From Planctomycetota bacterium (GTDB lineage Bacteria > Planctomycetota > UBA1135 > UBA2386): a DNA stretch of 64,000 nucleotides. The notes below the pieces were generated by a model, which was not told where the DNA came from, did not search any database, and was given only the letters and a program-made list of their open reading frames with translations. How positions within the stretch are numbered: position 1 is the first letter of the stretch; the number at the start of each line of letters is the position of its first letter. Below, piece by piece: positions 1-11,106 of the stretch. Both the position numbers and the translations under genes were made by a program. The DNA is taken from NCBI GenBank assembly GCA_947501605.1, contig CANMWZ010000008.1:1-64000 (forward strand), given 5' to 3'.

Positions 1-1
1 C

Positions 2-313
2 AGCGACAAGGACAGCGGCAAGGTGTGGTGGCACTCAGGTGGCGTGCACCAGAACTTCACCTTCCCGGTGCAGCCCGACCCAGTGAGCGGCATGCACTGC
101 TGGCACCAAAAGGTCACGGTGACCGCGGCGGAGCCGGGCGATCGCTATGGCGACGTGTTCGTCGACACCAACAAGTCGATGGCGGTGTTCGAGGAGTGGA
201 TGCAGAAGGCGCGTCCAGCCGGAACCCACGGCCCGTCTGGGCTCAGGCGACCGCTGCACTTCAAGCGTGTCTGCCGGCCTGTAGACGGTGCGTTCCGCCT
301 ACCGTCTTCGTGA
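2..313 (+). CDS. C-terminal fragment of a probable molybdopterin-dependent oxidoreductase (5' part outside window)
   Basis: Frame is open from base 2. The segment WWxxGGVHQNFTFPVQPDPVSGMHCWHQKV...GDRYGDVFVDT resembles, from recall, the C-terminus of formate-dehydrogenase-like molybdopterin oxidoreductases. Confidence 0.6.
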   Translation, partial: SDKDSGKVWWHSGGVHQNFTFPVQPDPVSGMHCWHQKVTVTAAEPGDRYGDVFVDTNKSMAVFEEWMQKARPAGTHGPSGLRRPLHFKRVCRPVDGAFRLPSS

Positions 314-438
314 GTTGCCCTCGGAGTGAGTTCTCAAAGCACGCTGCCGCATCCGAGCGGTAGGCCGTGCCTTGGTACCGCAGCGAGCAAGCCGCGGACG
401 CCGTCCCATCCACCAGGACCCGGCCGGCACCCGGCCGA

Positions 439-2241
439 TCAGTCTTGCGTCTTCGCCGTGCTGGCAATGTGGAGCTCAGCAAGCTGCTCCACTGAGACCG
501 ACGACGGCGCCTCGGCCATCAGATCGAAGGCCGTTGACGTCTTCGGGAACGCGATCACGTCGCGAATCCCCTCGCGGCCAAGCGCCAGGGTGCAAAGGCG
601 ATCGACGCCCAGAGCGATGCCGCCGTGCGGCGGGCCGCCATAGCGGTAGGCGTCGAGCAAGAAGCCGAAGTTGGCCTTTTGCTGATCCTTGCTGATGCCC
701 AGAAACTCGAACACGCGTGCCTGCAGTTCGGGACGATGAATGCGAATCGACCCGGAACCGAGCTCCCAACCGTTCATGACGAAGTCATAGGCCCGACTGC
801 GAATCGATTCCGTGTCCTGCGCAAAGTCGCCGACGTTCCAGTCAACGGGCGCACTGAACGGATTGTGCGCGAACTGCCAGCGCCCCTTCTCGTCGTTCCA
901 TTCGAACATCGGGAAGTTGAGCACCCAGCAGCAACGGAACACCTTGGGGTCGCGAAGACCGAGGAGTGTTCCCACCTTGAGGCGCAGGTCCGAGAGTGCC
1001 TTGTGGACGACGCGCTTCTGGTCGGCAACGAACAGCAGCAGGTCGCCGGCTTTGGCACCCATGTGCGCGATCAGCGCAGCACCCTTGTCGCCTTCGTAGA
1101 ACTTGGCGATCGAGCCTTCGACGCCGTTACTCGTGACCTTGGCCCACGCGAGGCCCTTGGCACCGAGGCCCGTGACGAACGCAGTCAGCTCGTCGATGCC
1201 CTTGCGCGAGAACTTCTCGGCGCCCCCCACGGCGCACATGCCCTTTACGATGCCACCGCTCGCGACCGCGCCCTGGAAGACCTTGAAGTCGCTGCTCTTG
1301 GCGTGCTCGGTGCAGTCGATGAGCGTCATGCCGAAGCGAAGGTCGGGCTTGTCGCAGCCGTACTTGTCCATCGCCTCCTGGTAGTCAAAGCGCGGGAACG
1401 GCTGCTGCAGGTCGATACCGAAGCCTTCCTTGAAGCCGCGGATGACCATCGCCTCGACGATGTCTAGCACGTCGTGCTCCTCGACAAAGGACATCTCGAG
1501 ATCGATCTGCGTGAACTCGGGTTGGCGGTCGGAGCGCAGGTCTTCGTCGCGGAAGCAACGAGCAATCTGGTAGTAGCGATCGAGCCCGCCGACCATGCAG
1601 AGCTGCTTGAAGATCTGTGGGCTCTGCGGCAGCGCGAAGAACTTCCCCGGATGCACGCGACTTGGCACCAGGTAGTCACGCGCCCCTTCTGGCGTGCTCT
1701 TGGTCAGGATCGGAGTCTCGATGTCGATGAACCGATGCTCCTGCATGAAGTTGCGAATCGAGGTCACGAATTTCGCGCGCTTCATCAAGGCTTCCTGCAG
1801 CGGGCGGCGGCGCAGGTCGAGGTAGCGGTACTGCATGCGCAGCTCCTCGTTGGCCTCGGCCTTGTCGAGGATTTCGAAAGGCGGCGTCTCGGCTTCGCTC
1901 AGAACAGTCACAGACAACGCCAACAACTCGATCTCGCCGGTGCTTCGATTCTTGTTGGCCTTGTCCGCAGCGCGACGCCGAACTCGTCCGCCCACCGACA
2001 CGACGTCTTCGGCGCCGAGGCGCTGCAAGGTCGCGAACAGGGTGCCGTCCGCACCTTGGGCTTCCTGGTCAGCAACGATCTGGGTGATGCCGTAGCGATC
2101 GCGCAGATCGAGGAACAACACTTGGCCGTGGTGCCGGTGATTCTCGATCCAGCCGTTGAGCACGACGTCTTGGCCGTCGTGGGCGGCGGTAAGTTCGCCG
2201 CAGGTGTGAGTACGCTGCCAGGGAGAGCGGTGTCGCGTCAT
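439..2241 (-). CDS. aspS: Aspartate--tRNA ligase (possibly non-discriminating Asp/Asn)
   Basis: RTHTCGEL N-terminus, OB fold FLDLRDRYG, TPEGARDYLVPSR, LPQSPQIFKQ, CFRDEDLRSDRQPEFTQID, GAD insert, PPHGGIALGVDR. ATG at 2241 chosen over TTG at 2250. Confidence 0.97.
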   Translation of the reverse strand: MTRHRSPWQRTHTCGELTAAHDGQDVVLNGWIENHRHHGQVLFLDLRDRYGITQIVADQEAQGADGTLFATLQRLGAEDVVSVGGRVRRRAADKANKNRSTGEIELLALSVTVLSEAETPPFEILDKAEANEELRMQYRYLDLRRRPLQEALMKRAKFVTSIRNFMQEHRFIDIETPILTKSTPEGARDYLVPSRVHPGKFFALPQSPQIFKQLCMVGGLDRYYQIARCFRDEDLRSDRQPEFTQIDLEMSFVEEHDVLDIVEAMVIRGFKEGFGIDLQQPFPRFDYQEAMDKYGCDKPDLRFGMTLIDCTEHAKSSDFKVFQGAVASGGIVKGMCAVGGAEKFSRKGIDELTAFVTGLGAKGLAWAKVTSNGVEGSIAKFYEGDKGAALIAHMGAKAGDLLLFVADQKRVVHKALSDLRLKVGTLLGLRDPKVFRCCWVLNFPMFEWNDEKGRWQFAHNPFSAPVDWNVGDFAQDTESIRSRAYDFVMNGWELGSGSIRIHRPELQARVFEFLGISKDQQKANFGFLLDAYRYGGPPHGGIALGVDRLCTLALGREGIRDVIAFPKTSTAFDLMAEAPSSVSVEQLAELHIASTAKTQD

Positions 2242-2272
2242 GGATGCCAACGGAGGAGGGGCAGCTTTCGGG

Positions 2273-3394
2273 TCACTTCAGGTCGACGAGTTCGATCAGG
2301 AAGATCAAGGTCGCATTCGGTCCGATCTTGGGCGGCGAGCCCCGCGTGCCGTAGCCCAGTTCCGCGGGGATCTCGAACAAGAACGAGCTGCCGACCTTCA
2401 TCAACTGCAGGCCCTCGGTCCAGCCGCGCACGACGCGGTTCAAGGCGAATTCGCTGGGCGCGCCGCGCGCATGCGCGCTGTCGAACATCGTGCCGTCTGT
2501 GAGCCAGCCCGTGTACAGGGCCGCCACGGTATCGGTGGTCTTCGGCAGAGCGCCGTCCCCATCGCGCAGGACTTCGTACTTGAGGCCACTCTGCGTGGTC
2601 ACGGTCTTCTTGGGGTCGAGGGCGCGGAACGACGGCAGGCGGTGCACGCCAGTCAGCTCAAGGATCCAGACCGTCGGGCCTTGGATGCTGCCGACGACGC
2701 CTTCCGGCACTTCGACTCGCACCGTGTCCCCTTGCTTCATCACGTCGACCAGTTCTTTGAAGAATGGGAACGGCAGGGTTACTCGCGTGCCGGCGATGCG
2801 ATGGTTCTGTTGTTGCTCGCTCGCTTGCAACAGCTTGCCATCGGTTTGGAACAGCGCGTAACGGAACGCCACGGCTTCGTTCTCGCCCGCGGCCGCTCCA
2901 GTGCCTTCCTTCAGCAGTTCCCATTTTGCCTTCGACGGCAGTTCCTTCTGCTTGTCGGGGTTGCCGGCGACAAACTCTGGCATCCGGACTACGCGCAGCA
3001 GTTCGACTTCGAACACCAGCGTGCTGTTAGGGGGGATCACGCCGTTGTCCTGTTCGCCATAGCCCAGCGCCGCTGGGATGATGAACTTGAACTTCGCGCC
3101 CGGCGTCATCAGCTGCATGCCCTCGGTCCAGCCCTTGATGACATTGTTGAGCGGGAAGCTGGAGGTCTGGCCGCGGTCGCCCGAGCCATCGAACTTGGTG
3201 CCGTCCGTCAGCCAGCCCGTGTAGTGCACCTCTACCAGGTCCGTGGGGCGCGGCTTCGGCTCATCGCGCCCGGCTTGGAGAACGCAGTACTGGAGACCAG
3301 ACTCGGTGGTCTTGACGTCGGCACACTCGGGAATCTGGCCGAAGACAGTGGCGACGAGACAGAGACTCGCGCCCAGACGATGGATCAGGTTCAT
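2273..3394 (-). CDS. Secreted multi-domain FKBP-type peptidyl-prolyl isomerase
   Basis: Signal peptide; two full FKBP domains (VHYTGWLTDGTKFD...VIKGWTEG...LGYG...NSTLVFEVEL and YTGWLTDGTMFDS...GWTEG...NATLIFLIEL) plus a degenerate middle copy. Confidence 0.93.
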   Translation of the reverse strand: MNLIHRLGASLCLVATVFGQIPECADVKTTESGLQYCVLQAGRDEPKPRPTDLVEVHYTGWLTDGTKFDGSGDRGQTSSFPLNNVIKGWTEGMQLMTPGAKFKFIIPAALGYGEQDNGVIPPNSTLVFEVELLRVVRMPEFVAGNPDKQKELPSKAKWELLKEGTGAAAGENEAVAFRYALFQTDGKLLQASEQQQNHRIAGTRVTLPFPFFKELVDVMKQGDTVRVEVPEGVVGSIQGPTVWILELTGVHRLPSFRALDPKKTVTTQSGLKYEVLRDGDGALPKTTDTVAALYTGWLTDGTMFDSAHARGAPSEFALNRVVRGWTEGLQLMKVGSSFLFEIPAELGYGTRGSPPKIGPNATLIFLIELVDLK

Positions 3395-3614
3395 GGCGAA
3401 GGAAGAACTCTAGAAAGGCCGCGGCGCGCTGCCAGGATCGAGCCGCATATCCCTGCAGCTGGCGGGGCGTGTGCGTCGAGACTGCGAGTTCCGAGCACGA
3501 ACGGTGCATGCTCGGACCTCAGGTTCGCGGCGACGTTGCCACGAACCCAGTGGTCAGGCATCGACATCGCCGTCCCAAACACTCACGAGGATCTCACGGC
3601 CGCCGCAAAACGAC

Positions 3615-4049
3615 TCAGCGGTAGCTCGAATCCTGATCGGCACCGCGCCCGATCGCGTCGCGCATCAGCGCCTTGCGCAGCGCCACTTCCGCCATCAAGA
3701 ACCCCTCGCTGCCGCGCTCGAGGTGCGCCAGCTTCTCGCGGGCCCTGGCTTCGGCGGCCTTGACTCGTTCGAGGTCGATTTCTGGCGCCAGTTCTCCGGC
3801 CTCGCAAACCAGCGTCAGCACGTTGTGCTGGACTTGGGCAAAGCCATCACTGGCGAACATCGACGTGGTCTTGCCATCGAGTTCGAGGATCTTCACTGCC
3901 CCTGCACCTGCGATGCCAGTGAGCAACGGCGCATGGTTCGGCAGGATGCCGTAGCCGCCGTCGAAACCGCGGAACGAGACCCCCGCGACCTTGCGATCGA
4001 CGACGGTGCGGTCCGGGGTGACGACGCGCAGATGCAGTTCCTTGGCCAT
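3615..4049 (-). CDS. atpC: ATP synthase F1 epsilon subunit
   Basis: LRVVTPD, GILPNHAPL, GFAQV, EIDLERV; last gene of the atp operon. Confidence 0.96.
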   Translation of the reverse strand: MAKELHLRVVTPDRTVVDRKVAGVSFRGFDGGYGILPNHAPLLTGIAGAGAVKILELDGKTTSMFASDGFAQVQHNVLTLVCEAGELAPEIDLERVKAAEARAREKLAHLERGSEGFLMAEVALRKALMRDAIGRGADQDSSYR

Positions 4050-4079
4050 GAGCTTGGTCTCCGTACTAGTGGACAGGGA

Positions 4080-5585
<1,506 letters not shown>

Positions 5586-5611
5586 TCAGGAATGAGGGGC
5601 TACGGCTTGGG

Positions 5612-6499
5612 TCAGGAGACAGCCGAGGCGCCGCCGACGATGTCGAGCAGCTCCTTCGTGATGTTCTCCTGGCGCGCGCGATTGTAGACCTTCTTGAGTT
5701 GCTTGTTCATTCGGACGGCAGCATCAGTTGCCGTCTTCATGGCCATGCGGCGGCTGCTGTGTTCGCTGGTGAGCGCTTGCAGCATCGTGTCGAACACCAC
5801 GGTCTCGAGGTAGCGCGGCAGCAGCCGATTCAGCACCGTGTTGGCGTCCGGTTCCATCAGGAACTCGAGGTCAAACTCGCTGCGGTCCTTGGTCGCGCCA
5901 GCCGGCATGGCTGCCACCGGCAAAAACGGAACCGAGGTCGGGATGAACTTCACCATCGAGGCGAAGCGCGAATAGAAGATCCGCACCTCATCGACCACGC
6001 CCTTCTGCCAGGCTTCGACCAGAGCGGCGCCGACCATCTTGGCGGAGTCAAAGGTCGCCTTGTCGAGCGTTGGCTCGGCAAAGAAGCGCTCGACGTCGAA
6101 GCCGCGCCGCGTGAGCCACGAGTAGCCCTTGCGCCCGTAGACGTAGAACTTCAGCTTGCGGCCAGGTTCCTTCGCTTGGATCGATTCGATCAGGCGACGA
6201 AGCTCGAGCAGGATGTTGCTGTTGTACGACCCGCAGAGGCCTCGGTCAGAAGTCACCAGGAAGATGCCCGTCGTCTTCACCTCGCGAACCGCGAACAGTG
6301 GCAACTCTGCAGTGCTCTCCACGCGCCCGGCGATGCGGTCGATCATCCGGCGGATCTCGTCGGTGTAGGGATGAAAGCTCTGCGCCTTACCCTGCACCTT
6401 GCGCATCTTCATCGAGGCGACCATTTCCATCGCGCGAGTGATCTGCGCGATGCTGGCCACTGACTTGATGCGGACGCGGAGTTCTTTGAGGTTCGCCAT
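5612..6499 (-). CDS. atpG: ATP synthase F1 gamma subunit
   Basis: ITRAMEMVA, TSDRGLCGSYN, SEHSSRRMAMKTATD, YNRARQENITKEL. Confidence 0.98.
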   Translation of the reverse strand: MANLKELRVRIKSVASIAQITRAMEMVASMKMRKVQGKAQSFHPYTDEIRRMIDRIAGRVESTAELPLFAVREVKTTGIFLVTSDRGLCGSYNSNILLELRRLIESIQAKEPGRKLKFYVYGRKGYSWLTRRGFDVERFFAEPTLDKATFDSAKMVGAALVEAWQKGVVDEVRIFYSRFASMVKFIPTSVPFLPVAAMPAGATKDRSEFDLEFLMEPDANTVLNRLLPRYLETVVFDTMLQALTSEHSSRRMAMKTATDAAVRMNKQLKKVYNRARQENITKELLDIVGGASAVS

Positions 6500-6552
6500 G
6501 GGTCAGGTTCGAGATGTCGAGGTCAACTGCACGCGGGATCCGACGGCCTCGC

Positions 6553-8094
6553 TCAGGCGAGGAACTCCTTGCGGAATGCGGTGCAGACGTCGTCGAACTT
6601 CTTGGCGAGATCGTCCGTCCACTTCTGAGCCGTGCGCAGTGGTTCGAGCATGGCCGGGTGGTTTGCGCGCAGGTGGGCAATGTAGCCCTTCTCGAAGGCC
6701 GCGACGCGATTGAGCGGCACCGTGTCGAGAGCACCCGAAGATCCGGCATAGAGGATGGCAACCTGCTCCTCGACCGGGACCGGTTGGTACTGAGCCTGCT
6801 TCAGCAACTCGACCATTCGCTGGCCGCGCGTGATCGCCTGCTGTGTGCCCTTGTCGAGATCGCTACCGAACTGGGCGAACGCCGCGAGCTCGCGGAACTG
6901 CGCCAGCTGGATACGCAGACCACCGGCGATCTTCTTCATCGCGGGTGTCTGGGCGGAACCACCGACGCGCGACACCGAGATGCCGGCGTTCACTGCGGGG
7001 CGCTGGCCGGCGTTGAACAGCGAGGATTCAAGGAAGATCTGACCGTCCGTGATCGAGATCACGTTGGTCGGGATGTAGGCCGACACGTCGCCTTCCTGCG
7101 TCTCGACGACCGGCAGTGCCGTCATCGAGCCGCCACCCTTGGCGTCCGACATCTTGGCCGCGCGCTCCAGCAGTTTGCTGTGAAGGTTGAAGACGTCGCC
7201 AGGGAATGCTTCGCGGCCGGGCGGACGCCGCAGGAGCAGCATCGTCTGCCGATAGGCAAGCGCCTGCTTGTAGAGGTCGTCATAGGCGATGACGACGTGG
7301 CGCCCTTCGTCGCGGAGACGCTCGCCCATCGAGGCGCCGCAGGCGCAGCTCAAGAACTGCATCGCTGCGTCCGTCGAAGCTGGGGCCGAGACGACGATGC
7401 AATAGGGCATCGCGCCAGCGGCCTCGAGCTTCTCTACCACCGCCTTCACTGTCGACTGCTTCTGGCCGACGGCGACGTAGATGCAGATGACCTGGTCCTT
7501 GTTCTTCGGATCGCCGCCACCGGTCAGCTTCTGGTTTATGAAGGTGTCGATGATCAACGCGGTCTTGCCGGTTTGACGGTCGCCGATGATGAGCTCGCGT
7601 TGTCCGCGGCCGATCGGAATCATCGAGTCGATTGCCTTGATGCCCGTTTGCAGCGGCTGCCTGACCGGCTGGCGCTCCGGCACCGATGGCGACCGGCCCT
7701 CGATCGGGCGAAGGTCGCTCTCGGAACTCTGGATCGCACCCTTGCCGTCGACCGCGCGCCCGAGGGCGTCGACGACGCGACCGCACATCTGCAGGCCGGT
7801 GGGCACCGAGATGACGCGCCCGGTGGTCCGCACCGTGCCGCCTTCCTGGATCTTGGTGTCGCTGCCGAGGAGTACCGCGCCGACGTTGTCCTCTTCGAGG
7901 TTCAGGGCGACGCCGAAGACGCCGTTCCCGAAGTCGAGCAACTCGCTCATCATGCAGTCATCGAGGCCATGCACACGGGCAGTGCCGTCACCGACCGTCA
8001 GCACGGTGCCAACGCTCGACTTCTGCATCTTGCCCTGGAAGCCTTCGATCTCTTCCTTCAGGACAGTGGCGACTTCGGAGGGTTTCAGATCCAT
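6553..8094 (-). CDS. atpA: ATP synthase F1 alpha subunit
   Basis: [39 protein letters not shown]. Confidence 0.99.
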   Translation of the reverse strand: MDLKPSEVATVLKEEIEGFQGKMQKSSVGTVLTVGDGTARVHGLDDCMMSELLDFGNGVFGVALNLEEDNVGAVLLGSDTKIQEGGTVRTTGRVISVPTGLQMCGRVVDALGRAVDGKGAIQSSESDLRPIEGRSPSVPERQPVRQPLQTGIKAIDSMIPIGRGQRELIIGDRQTGKTALIIDTFINQKLTGGGDPKNKDQVICIYVAVGQKQSTVKAVVEKLEAAGAMPYCIVVSAPASTDAAMQFLSCACGASMGERLRDEGRHVVIAYDDLYKQALAYRQTMLLLRRPPGREAFPGDVFNLHSKLLERAAKMSDAKGGGSMTALPVVETQEGDVSAYIPTNVISITDGQIFLESSLFNAGQRPAVNAGISVSRVGGSAQTPAMKKIAGGLRIQLAQFRELAAFAQFGSDLDKGTQQAITRGQRMVELLKQAQYQPVPVEEQVAILYAGSSGALDTVPLNRVAAFEKGYIAHLRANHPAMLEPLRTAQKWTDDLAKKFDDVCTAFRKEFLA

Positions 8095-8174
8095 GGCTTT
8101 TCGGAGCGCTCTGCGGCGTCGGGCCGAGAGTGCGTGAGAGTCATCAACGAAGAAAGGGAATCAGCAAGCAGCGA

Positions 8175-8708
8175 TCAAATCGACGTCTGCATCAGCTTCT
8201 GCTCGAGCTGCTGCAAACTGGACTGTACGGAACCATCGTAGAGCACGTTGGCGAGCACCAGTCGGACGCCTCCGAGCAACTCGGGGCGCACGCGCACGGT
8301 CAGCACGCAGGTCTTGCCCGTCAGACTCCGGGCCATCTCCTGCAAGCGCGCCAGGTCGTCCGAACCCAGCGGCAGCGGCGTCTCCACCACACCTTTGATT
8401 TCGCCCCGTTCCTGCATGCACAGGGCCAGATATGCCGGATACAGCTCCGACAGAACGTCTTGGCGACGGCGCCTCAGCACTACATGCAGGAGGTTCTGCA
8501 CCAGCGCGTGATGGCCGGCGCCGAGCTTCTGCACGACGCGCAAGCGCTCGGCGCTCGTCACGTCGGGGCTCTGCAACAACGCTTGTGTGCGCCGATCGTT
8601 CAGATCGGCGTGCATGCTCTGCAGATCACTTTCGACCTGCGTCACAGCATTGCCCGCCTTGGCGGCGAGATGCAGAGCCGTCGCGTAGCGCTTGGCGAGC
8701 AGCGTCAT
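8175..8708 (-). CDS. atpH: ATP synthase F1 delta subunit
   Basis: AKRYATAL N-terminus, ELLGGV...YDGSV C-terminus; ATGA overlap with atpF. Confidence 0.95.
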   Translation of the reverse strand: MTLLAKRYATALHLAAKAGNAVTQVESDLQSMHADLNDRRTQALLQSPDVTSAERLRVVQKLGAGHHALVQNLLHVVLRRRRQDVLSELYPAYLALCMQERGEIKGVVETPLPLGSDDLARLQEMARSLTGKTCVLTVRVRPELLGGVRLVLANVLYDGSVQSSLQQLEQKLMQTSI

Positions 8709-9265
8709 CGACGCTCTCCGACGGTAGCGACGAAGTCGCGCACCATGCGGCGGTGGGCTTCGTCGTTGACGTCTTGCTGCAGGAGCTTGCGGGTAGCGGC
8801 AATGGTGAGGTCGACCGCCTGCTGGCGGATTTCCTGCACGGCGGCGCGCTTCTGCGCATCGATCTCCGCCAGCGCTTTGGCTTGTTGCGTCTTCATCCGC
8901 TCCTCTGCGACGCGCTGCGCCTCGGCAGCCTGACGCTCGGCGCGAGCGACTGCCTCCTCGACCATGCGCTTGCTGTCGCTCCGCGCCTTGTCGAGTTCAG
9001 CCTTTGCCAGCGCCATCTGTTGCTCCGCCTGCTGGCGAGCAACTTCGGCGGCAGCGATGGCGTCCTCAACCTTGCGGTCGCGGTCTTCCAGCGCCTTCGT
9101 GATCGGACCGTAGATCATCTTCCACATGACCGGCAAGGCCACGAGGAAGGCGATCCACGTCCAGATCGTCGCGCCCGGAATGAAGTCCAGGAGCGCACCC
9201 AGCCCCTTGCCGTCCTCACTGCGGAGGAGGAAGGGAATAAAGTCGGTGACGGCAGTCACAGCCAT
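8705..9265 (-). CDS. atpF: ATP synthase Fo subunit b
   Basis: One N-terminal TM helix, YGPITKALEDR, long charged coiled coil; lies between atpE and atpH. Confidence 0.95.
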   Translation of the reverse strand: MAVTAVTDFIPFLLRSEDGKGLGALLDFIPGATIWTWIAFLVALPVMWKMIYGPITKALEDRDRKVEDAIAAAEVARQQAEQQMALAKAELDKARSDSKRMVEEAVARAERQAAEAQRVAEERMKTQQAKALAEIDAQKRAAVQEIRQQAVDLTIAATRKLLQQDVNDEAHRRMVRDFVATVGERR

Positions 9266-9272
9266 CCCCCGC

Positions 9273-9521
9273 TTACTTGGTGTAGAGAAGGAGGCCGATC
9301 ACGGCGGCGAAGAGCGCTACGCCTTCAACGAACGCCGCGAGCACAATCGCGTTGCTCTTGATGGCGTCGGCAGCTTCCGGCTGGCGGGCGATGCCCTCAC
9401 CGGCCGAACCACCGATCTTGCCGATGCCAATACCAGCGCCGATCGCCGCGAGGCCAGCGGCCAAACCAGCACCGATGCCGTAGCCATCGCTCAGGGTGGA
9501 CTCCAGGAAGAAAGCGAGCAT
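9273..9521 (-). CDS. atpE: ATP synthase Fo subunit c (82 aa, H+-type)
   Basis: Real start is ATG 9521 (GGAG upstream) inside the spurious 329-aa ORF. GAGIGIG glycine motif, ARQPE loop, proton-binding Glu in FVEGVAL. Confidence 0.96.
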   Translation of the reverse strand: MLAFFLESTLSDGYGIGAGLAAGLAAIGAGIGIGKIGGSAGEGIARQPEAADAIKSNAIVLAAFVEGVALFAAVIGLLLYTK

Positions 9522-9568
9522 GTAGTGATCTCCGTGACGAACTGTGGGGATTAGGAAAGCGAGACGGC

Positions 9569-10555
9569 TCAGTGCTCCTGATGCATCGACGCGTAGACGA
9601 AGTTGATGCTCAGAAGCGTGAAGATGTAGGCCTGCAGCAGGGTGACGAAGGCCTCGATGATGAAGATGAACACGGCCAGGCCGCAGGCCGGAATCGCCGT
9701 CAGATACGACAGCGGTCCACCGCCCATCATCTTTGCGAACAAGAACACGAGACCGATCGCCGAGGCAATCACCAAGTGCCCGGCGAGCATGTTGGCAAAC
9801 AAACGGATGGTCAACGCGAACGGCTTGACGACGAGGCTGACAATCTCGATGACGAACATCAGCGGCAGCAACGCGATCGGTAGGCCGTGCGGCAGGAGGC
9901 CGCGGAAGAAGCCGACGAGTCCGTTCTTCTTGATGCCCATGCCGAGCATCAGAACCAGCGTCACAACGGCGAGCGCCACCGTTACGAACGGCGTGCCGGT
10001 GGCCGTGCCGGTCTCGAAGTGGAGTGCTGGGATGCTCGGAACGAGACCGATGCAGTTCATCGCGGCGATGAAGAAGAACAGGAAGATGAAGTAGGGCGCC
10101 CAGATACGGCCCTCCTCTTTTCCCATCACCGGGTAGACCATCTCGTCCCGGATCCACAGGCACCAGCCGCGGAGGACGCGGGTGAGCCAGGGCACTTCCC
10201 GCTTCTTGAAACTGCCGACCACCGGAAGGAACAGCACCATGAGCAGCAGAATGGCTACCCACTGGAACTGGTTCACGTTGTAGAAGGCCAAGTAGTCGAC
10301 GTGCCCAGGCTCGCTGCCCGCATCGTGCGCGGGCCAGATCTGGTGCGGTACGCTGTGCGCAAACTGCCGCATGAAGAATGCGTCGTTGGGCAGCACCATT
10401 GTGCGGCCCTCCGGGTCGTGGGTCGCAGCAGCCTCACCCTGCGGAACGGATACCGGCACGACTGCGGGCGCGGCCTGTGCCTTGACTGGGGACGCAAACG
10501 CGGCACAGCCAAGTGCGGCGACGAAGGCGAGCAGCAGGTTGCGGATCCCGGTCAT
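9569..10555 (-). CDS. atpB: ATP synthase Fo subunit a
   Basis: KPFALTIRLFANMLAGH with the essential Arg; LLQAYIFTLL. Confidence 0.97.
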   Translation of the reverse strand: MTGIRNLLLAFVAALGCAAFASPVKAQAAPAVVPVSVPQGEAAATHDPEGRTMVLPNDAFFMRQFAHSVPHQIWPAHDAGSEPGHVDYLAFYNVNQFQWVAILLLMVLFLPVVGSFKKREVPWLTRVLRGWCLWIRDEMVYPVMGKEEGRIWAPYFIFLFFFIAAMNCIGLVPSIPALHFETGTATGTPFVTVALAVVTLVLMLGMGIKKNGLVGFFRGLLPHGLPIALLPLMFVIEIVSLVVKPFALTIRLFANMLAGHLVIASAIGLVFLFAKMMGGGPLSYLTAIPACGLAVFIFIIEAFVTLLQAYIFTLLSINFVYASMHQEH

Positions 10556-11106
10556 GTTGAGGGGTGTGTGGCGCGGGTGCGACCGACGAGCCCGCTAGCG
10601 AGGCGCAGCACAGTCGCAAGTTGAAGCGACAACGCGGCAATCGCGAAGGCGACGGCAAACGTCAGCAGGAACGGGAATTTCACTTCGAGCAAAGCCAGCA
10701 CACCGAACCCGGCACCCAACACCAACAACTTGGCAACGAAGGAGCCGCCGAGCATTGCCTGCAGTCGCTGCGAGGCCAGGAACGGATCGCTATCCGCTGC
10801 GTGCTTGCCGGCAGCACGGGCATGAAACAACGTGCCGAGCGCGACGGCGACCGCAGCTAGGGCGAGACCAAGTGCGGCGGCAGGGATCAGATCACTGTGC
10901 ATCAGGCCCGTTGCCGCAGCCAAGCCGACGGCAGCGCACAGCGGCACTCCGACGACGAGCAAGGACCGCCGCAGCGCTTCCCCAGCGGTGGGCGCCGTCA
11001 AACCGGTCGACGGGGCTTTGGCCGACGGGGCTCTGGCCGACGGGGCTTCGGCCGACGGGGCAGAAGTCGGCGCAGTGCGGTCTTGGGTTTGGGTGGCAGG
11101 CGTCAC
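10552..11106 (-). CDS. AtpI-like membrane protein with low-complexity N-terminus
   Basis: About four hydrophobic helices. GTG start at 11106 overlaps the upstream stop (GTGA) and its own stop overlaps the atpB ATG (ATGA). Call rests on operon position. Confidence 0.7.
   Translation of the reverse strand: MTPATQTQDRTAPTSAPSAEAPSARAPSAKAPSTGLTAPTAGEALRRSLLVVGVPLCAAVGLAAATGLMHSDLIPAAALGLALAAVAVALGTLFHARAAGKHAADSDPFLASQRLQAMLGGSFVAKLLVLGAGFGVLALLEVKFPFLLTFAVAFAIAALSLQLATVLRLASGLVGRTRATHPST
11005..11064. repeat. 4 x 15-bp imperfect tandem repeat (GGCCGACGGGGCnnn) encoding APSAE/APSAR/APSAK/APSTG
   Basis: Read directly; units start at 11005, 11020, 11035 and 11050. Confidence 0.9.

Noticed and set aside
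3395..3614. 220-bp gap after atpC as tRNA/ncRNA or a 63-aa ORF
   Set aside because: No cloverleaf or T-loop pattern, no clear terminator, and the ORF has no recognisable features.
9273..9521. Na+-translocating or N-type ATPase
   Set aside because: The c subunit lacks the Q...E-S/T signature, and gene order is standard with a separate delta subunit.
9273..10262. 329-aa ORF ending in subunit c, suggesting a giant c subunit
   Set aside because: The upstream part is an alternative frame of atpB; the true atpE starts at ATG 9521 with an RBS.
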